A stretch of 64,000 nucleotides of DNA from Octopus vulgaris (taxonomy: Eukaryota). Positions 60,498-64,000 of the stretch are shown piece after piece. The notes under the pieces were generated by a model. It did no database searches, was not told the origin of the DNA, and saw nothing but the letters and a program-made list of their open reading frames with translations. The position numbers and the translations under genes were made by a program. Position 1 is the first letter of the stretch, and each line of letters starts with the position of its first letter. The stretch spans positions 22,382,001-22,446,000 of the forward strand of contig OX597834.1 in NCBI GenBank assembly GCA_951406725.2, given 5' to 3'.

Positions 60498-60842
60498 CGC
60501 ATGGGAAGGCACCTGGCTCAGTGGTTAGGCAGTCGGGCTCACAATCATGAGATTGTGATTTCAGTTCCCAGACGAGGCTGTGTGTTGTGTTCTTGAGCAA
60601 GGCATTTTATTTCACGTCGCTTTTAGTTCACTCATCTGTAGAAATGAGTTGCAATGTCACTGGTGCCAAGCTGTATCAGTGTTTGCCTTTTCCTTGGATT
60701 ACATCGGTGGCATAGAGAAAGGAGGTTGGTATGCATGGACGACTGCTGGTCTTTCATAATCAACCTTGCCTGGACTTAAGCCTCAGAGGGGAACTTTCTA
60801 GGGGCAATCCCATGGTCATTCATGACTGAAGGGGGTCTTAAT
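60498..60842 (+). mobile_element. tRNA-derived SINE family E inserted in MITE family 1, atttgacag duplication
   Basis: Head tggctcagtggttaggcagtcgggctc. atttgacag at 60489-60497 and 60843-60851. Homolog at 39971-40295. Confidence 0.75.
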
Positions 60843-63725
60843 ATTTGACAGAGTAATCCGAATGCTAATGGATTAAGGCAGCAAACTGGTTGAATTGTTT
60901 GAGCATTGGGAAAATAGCTTGAAGTGTTTCTTCTGACATATTATGCTCTGAGTTCAAATCCTGCTGAGGTCAACTTTACCTTTTGTCTCTCCAGGTCAAT
61001 AAATTAAGATATCAATCAGTTACTGAATTGAATGGTATCGACTGACCTCCTTTCCTCAAAAATTGGTGGCCTTGAGCCAGATTAGAAACAGTTATTATTA
61101 AAATTAGTATTATGTCCTGAGTTCAAATCCTACCATGGTTAACTTTGCCTTTTATCCTTTCGGCGGTTGATAAAATAATACCAGTTGGACTCTGGGGTCT
61201 ATCTAATTGACTTGCCCCCTGTCCTGAAATTGCTGGTCTTATGCCAAAATTTCAAACCATTATTAAGGGAGTTAAATTGGCAGAACCATTATCTTGATGG
61301 GGGAAAACGTCTTGCATTTGTTCTGGTTCTTCCTCTTCTGAGTTCAAATCCTGTTGGAGTTACCTTTCTCTCTCCAGGATATCAACAAATTAGGGTACTG
61401 TTCCAGTACTGGGAGGAAGGAGGGGGGCACTGGCATCGACCAACTCCCCACTCCCACCTTCCCCAAACAATTGGTGGTCTTTTGGGACTATGCTAAAAAA
61501 TATTTCTTTCATAGAGGATGAATTCCTAAAAATTATGAGGGGGCCAATGATATTTAAGGGATTTAAGTTTTGATATTTTCATCTAACATTTAAAGTTTTT
61601 ATTTAATTTTTTTCTTTTTTTTTTATCATTCCCATTCTGCCTTATCTCAATTCTCATCCCCCACTCCACTCTGCAACCAGCTGCTTTACAAATATTAAAC
61701 AATAATTGTATCAGGTATAGGATTTGTCTTCTGGCGTTATTATAATTATTAGAGAAAATTTTTTTTTATTTTGAATGTTACCACTAACTTAACTATTGTT
61801 TTTCCATACAGATGGTGTTACTGAGTAACTAATTCATTTCTCAACATGCTAATTTTTCACACCTAATCATCTACAGTATCCTAATATTTACACAGTGATT
61901 CTCTCTTTAATATCTCAAGTCTATGTTTTGCTGAGGAGGTCCAATAAGACTTAAACATGTCCAGAATTAACTCCACTTCTTGCACACAAAAATCAATTAA
62001 TAATAAGTTATTCAGCTAATGTTGTCTTTTTCCACAATGCACAAATATTTCTAATTAGATTTCACTGATGGTCATTAACACTAACTTAATTACCACTTTT
62101 CTTGCTTATGTCATCTCTGGCTAATTAACATCAGCTATTTAATTATTCATTTTTTTTATCTGCTAATTTATCCAGTTTTCCATTTAAGTATTTACAATGA
62201 CACTTTTGGAAGTTTCCCACATAAAAAATGTATGTTAAAAGGAGAAGAGTAAGGATTTAAAGTCCAAATTTGTAATGGTTGTGAGTTATAATAATTTACA
62301 ATGATATGTAAATATATACTTCATTTCCGTATTTGGTTTGCAAGATTCTTGATGTGAATTCATGTGTTGAAATAAATCTTTTTTGTCTTGGGAAGGTCGT
62401 TATGCCAATAACACATGCACTGGTTCAATATCACTTCTTTGATGTTATGACTAACAATAAAGAAGTGATATCGAACCTGTGCCTGTATTATTGCTGGTGT
62501 ACTGATCCTCCCAATACACAACGAGATAAATATATTCTTTAATGTAATTTAAATTAGTAATCTAGTCCCAGTGGTTTCATGCTGGCATGTTATTCAGTAT
62601 TTTGCCAACACAGTGGTTGCACCACCATTGGTACTAAGTTACTAATCTAAATTTCATTTAAAAAATTTATTATCCACCTTTACTGTATTGAGCACTCTTT
62701 CTTTCATTTTCTTATTGAAGTATCATGTATCTGTGTGTATATAATAATAATAATAATAATAATAATATAACAGCATGTATATATTGGGTTAACAAACCCT
62801 TAGAATAAAAATATGTCAATGATTGCCTACGGGCTCCAACTTTTTGTATCTAAAGGGTGTTTAGCCCAATATTTATATGCTATTATTTATTAAAAACTAA
62901 TTATTTCACGTTCTCTTGAAGTTTTGAAAAATTTATGCCATAAACAGTGTGTATGTATATATATATATATATATATACATACCCACACATACACAAAGCA
63001 TGTGTGTGTGTGTGTATGTCATTTACAAGTACCTTTAAGGCAGGAAAAAATTGGTACAGGATTTCATTTGGTAATCAGACATGGTTGTCTGGTATACAAC
63101 AGATATGCAGTTCAATTCCAATGAAAGGATGTGTCCCTTCACTTTTTTCTGTTTTAGGAATGCTTGTTAATGTCACACACACATTCACACACACACACAC
63201 ATATATATAGTATTTTTTTAAATCGTCACTGTTTACATTATAGTTAATACATATGCATGTATGTATAAAAATATGAATTATATACAGTGTGTGTGTGTGT
63301 GTATATATATATATTTTGTTATATTTAGGAATGGTTATTTTGCCAGTTTAGCCAATAAAAATATATATTAATCTATCTATATATGCACACACATGTATAT
63401 CCATATATATATAATTTATAATTTATCTTTGAAAAATGTTTACTGCTTACATGATAGTGTGTGTGTGCATATGTCTGCATGTGCATATGCACACACACAC
63501 ACACACACACATTTATATATACACACACATGCAAGTGTATACTTACATATATGCATTTCAATAAATTTTCACATCATTTACAGGGAACCAGTTAATTAAT
63601 TCAGGAAATTTCATTTTTTCTTTTCTCTATATTTGATGTTTATCATAAAATCTCAAATATAACATATATACACATCACTACATAGCACATCTAATTTTAT
63701 TGTGACTCCAGCACTAATGTATGCA

Positions 63726-63760
<35 letters not shown>

Positions 63761-64000
63761 AACGAAGACTACTAGGTGTAAACCATTCATTTTATTATCC
63801 ATTACATACATATATATATATATGAGTGGTTGGCGTTAGGAAGGGCATCCAGCTGTAGAAACATTGCCAGATAAGACTGGAGCCTGGTGCAGTCTTCTGG
63901 CTTCCCAGATCCCCGGTCGAACCATCCAACCCATGCTAGCATGGAGAACGGACGTCAAACGATGATGATGATGATTACCAGCATCGCCTTACTGGCACGT

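Overview
AT-rich, microsatellite- and SINE-dense eukaryotic DNA. The SINE repertoire and intron style point to a coleoid cephalopod, probably Octopus (inference). The whole window lies inside one + strand gene, a Neuron navigator (NAV2/unc-53/sickie family) ortholog. I can thread ten exons with GT-AG boundaries and matching phases (16590-50831). They encode the C-terminal region including the AAA+ ATPase domain (Walker A GPSGTGKT, Walker B VIILDN). The upstream exons are not in the window, and I found no exon matching the conserved NAV C-terminus. Nearly all other ORFs in the track are microsatellite or SINE artefacts. The introns hold at least five SINE-like families, three TTAA-flanked piggyBac-type MITE families, remnants of mariner and maT (DD37D) transposases, and 3' fragments of CR1 and R4/Dong LINEs. 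Most notable: (1) minimal hammerhead-ribozyme motifs in short Penelope-like repeats, with compensatory stems and U3-A8 core variants; (2) a frame-preserving 24-nt candidate neural microexon flanked by an inverted pair of near-identical SINEs; (3) several in-phase candidate cassette exons, one starting at a recursive-splice-type AG|GT site; (4) a composite piggyBac-MITE/SINE and a MITE-plus-spacer tandem array. All calls were read by eye and not checked by any search.
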